Source: Selaginella moellendorffii
Lineage: Eukaryota > Plantae > Lycopodiophyta
Length of the DNA: 6,722 nucleotides
Direction of reading: 5' to 3'
NCBI RefSeq assembly: GCF_000143415.4
Contig: NW_003314684.1
Coordinates: 1-6,722, forward strand
Within the stretch, counting starts at the first letter, position 1; every line of letters starts with the position of its first letter. A model generated the notes under the pieces. The model searched no databases. It was not told the DNA's origin and saw only the letters and a list, made by a program, of their open reading frames with translations. Both the position numbers and the translations under genes were made by a program. This document shows, in pieces, positions 6,365 through 6,722 of this stretch.

Positions 6365-6470
6365 TTGCCGGAAACCGTATGAAACTAAAAAAACGTAATG
6401 TTTTAAACGCGTTAAAAAACGCCGTTCTAAACTCCCAACGCGTTTGCACTATTTGCGAAAAGAGACAAAA

Positions 6471-6499
6471 GTTTCTTTAGGGTTTCTTTAGGGTTTCTT
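6471..6499 (+). repeat. 11-bp tandem repeat GTTTCTTTAGG x2.6 containing two TTTAGGGTTT telo-box/telomere-like motifs
   Basis: Units at 6471-6481, 6482-6492 and a partial from 6493. It supplies the stop codon of the BED ORF. Confidence 0.8.
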
Positions 6500-6694
6500 C
6501 AGAACTTCATAAGGGATCTCCCTCATTGCCTTGCACGTTTTCACACCTCTTGCCCAAACTCCAGCAAGATGTGCTCGCACTCGCTCCGCTCCCCCAGTGT
6601 GAATCTCATGACAATACTTACATGTCCAATGCCGCTCTGCTTGTATCACATGCTTCCAGCTCCAGCATTCGCAGTGTCCTCCAATTCCTGCCAT
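6488..6694 (-). pseudogene. BED zinc-finger N-terminus of a hAT-like transposase, truncated right after the finger
   Basis: WKH..WTCKYC....GG..RVRAHLAG....VKTC....IPYEV matches the plant BED finger pattern (W..CxxC..GG..R...HLA...C..VP.EV). Stop follows 4 residues after IPYEV. Confidence 0.8.
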
Positions 6695-6722
6695 GAACCC
6701 TTAAAAAATCTCGCAGCAGTTT

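Larger units (their letters stand above)
6360..6722 (-). mobile_element. hAT-type DNA transposon derivative (BED-finger class), one end; likely non-autonomous deletion derivative
   Basis: BED zinc-finger ORF. Abrupt composition change at 6360 with a CATAGTTG start resembling plant hAT termini. Clustered AAACG subterminal-like motifs (6391, 6405, 6417) and AACGCGTT twice (6406, 6437). The other end is not in the window. Confidence 0.55.

Noticed and set aside
1-6722. A coherent novel system (RT-linked defence/retron-like locus, or AKR-transporter metabolic cluster)
   Set aside because: The RT is an ordinary copia pol with PPT and LTR. Both AKRs lack the catalytic half. The adjacency is explained by duplication and transposon insertion.

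Overview
Eukaryotic, not prokaryotic, DNA from a compact land-plant genome. Most GT-AG introns are only 40-65 nt, which is lycophyte/Selaginella-like (inference). From left to right: (1) the 3' end of a Ty1/copia LTR retrotransposon (RT C-terminus + RNase H, PPT, 127-bp 3' LTR); (2) the C-terminal half of a plant AKR4-type aldo-keto reductase, interrupted by a 205-N assembly gap; (3) an apparently intact 3-exon AVT1-family amino-acid transporter on the minus strand, convergent with it; (4) a possible small spliced ORF; (5) an orphan first exon with a mitochondrial-presequence-like N-terminus; (6) a second, 5'-truncated copy of the same AKR segment; (7) a compound CT/GT microsatellite; (8) a 4-exon gene fragment of unknown function that the ORF track misses; (9) the end of a hAT-type DNA transposon derivative that retains only its BED zinc finger. 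I find no well-supported novel multi-gene system. The best leads are the empty copia site readable from the paralog, an inverted AKR motif shared by both copies, a possible orphan-exon/AKR chimera, and the hidden spliced gene whose stop codon is supplied by the putative hAT terminus.
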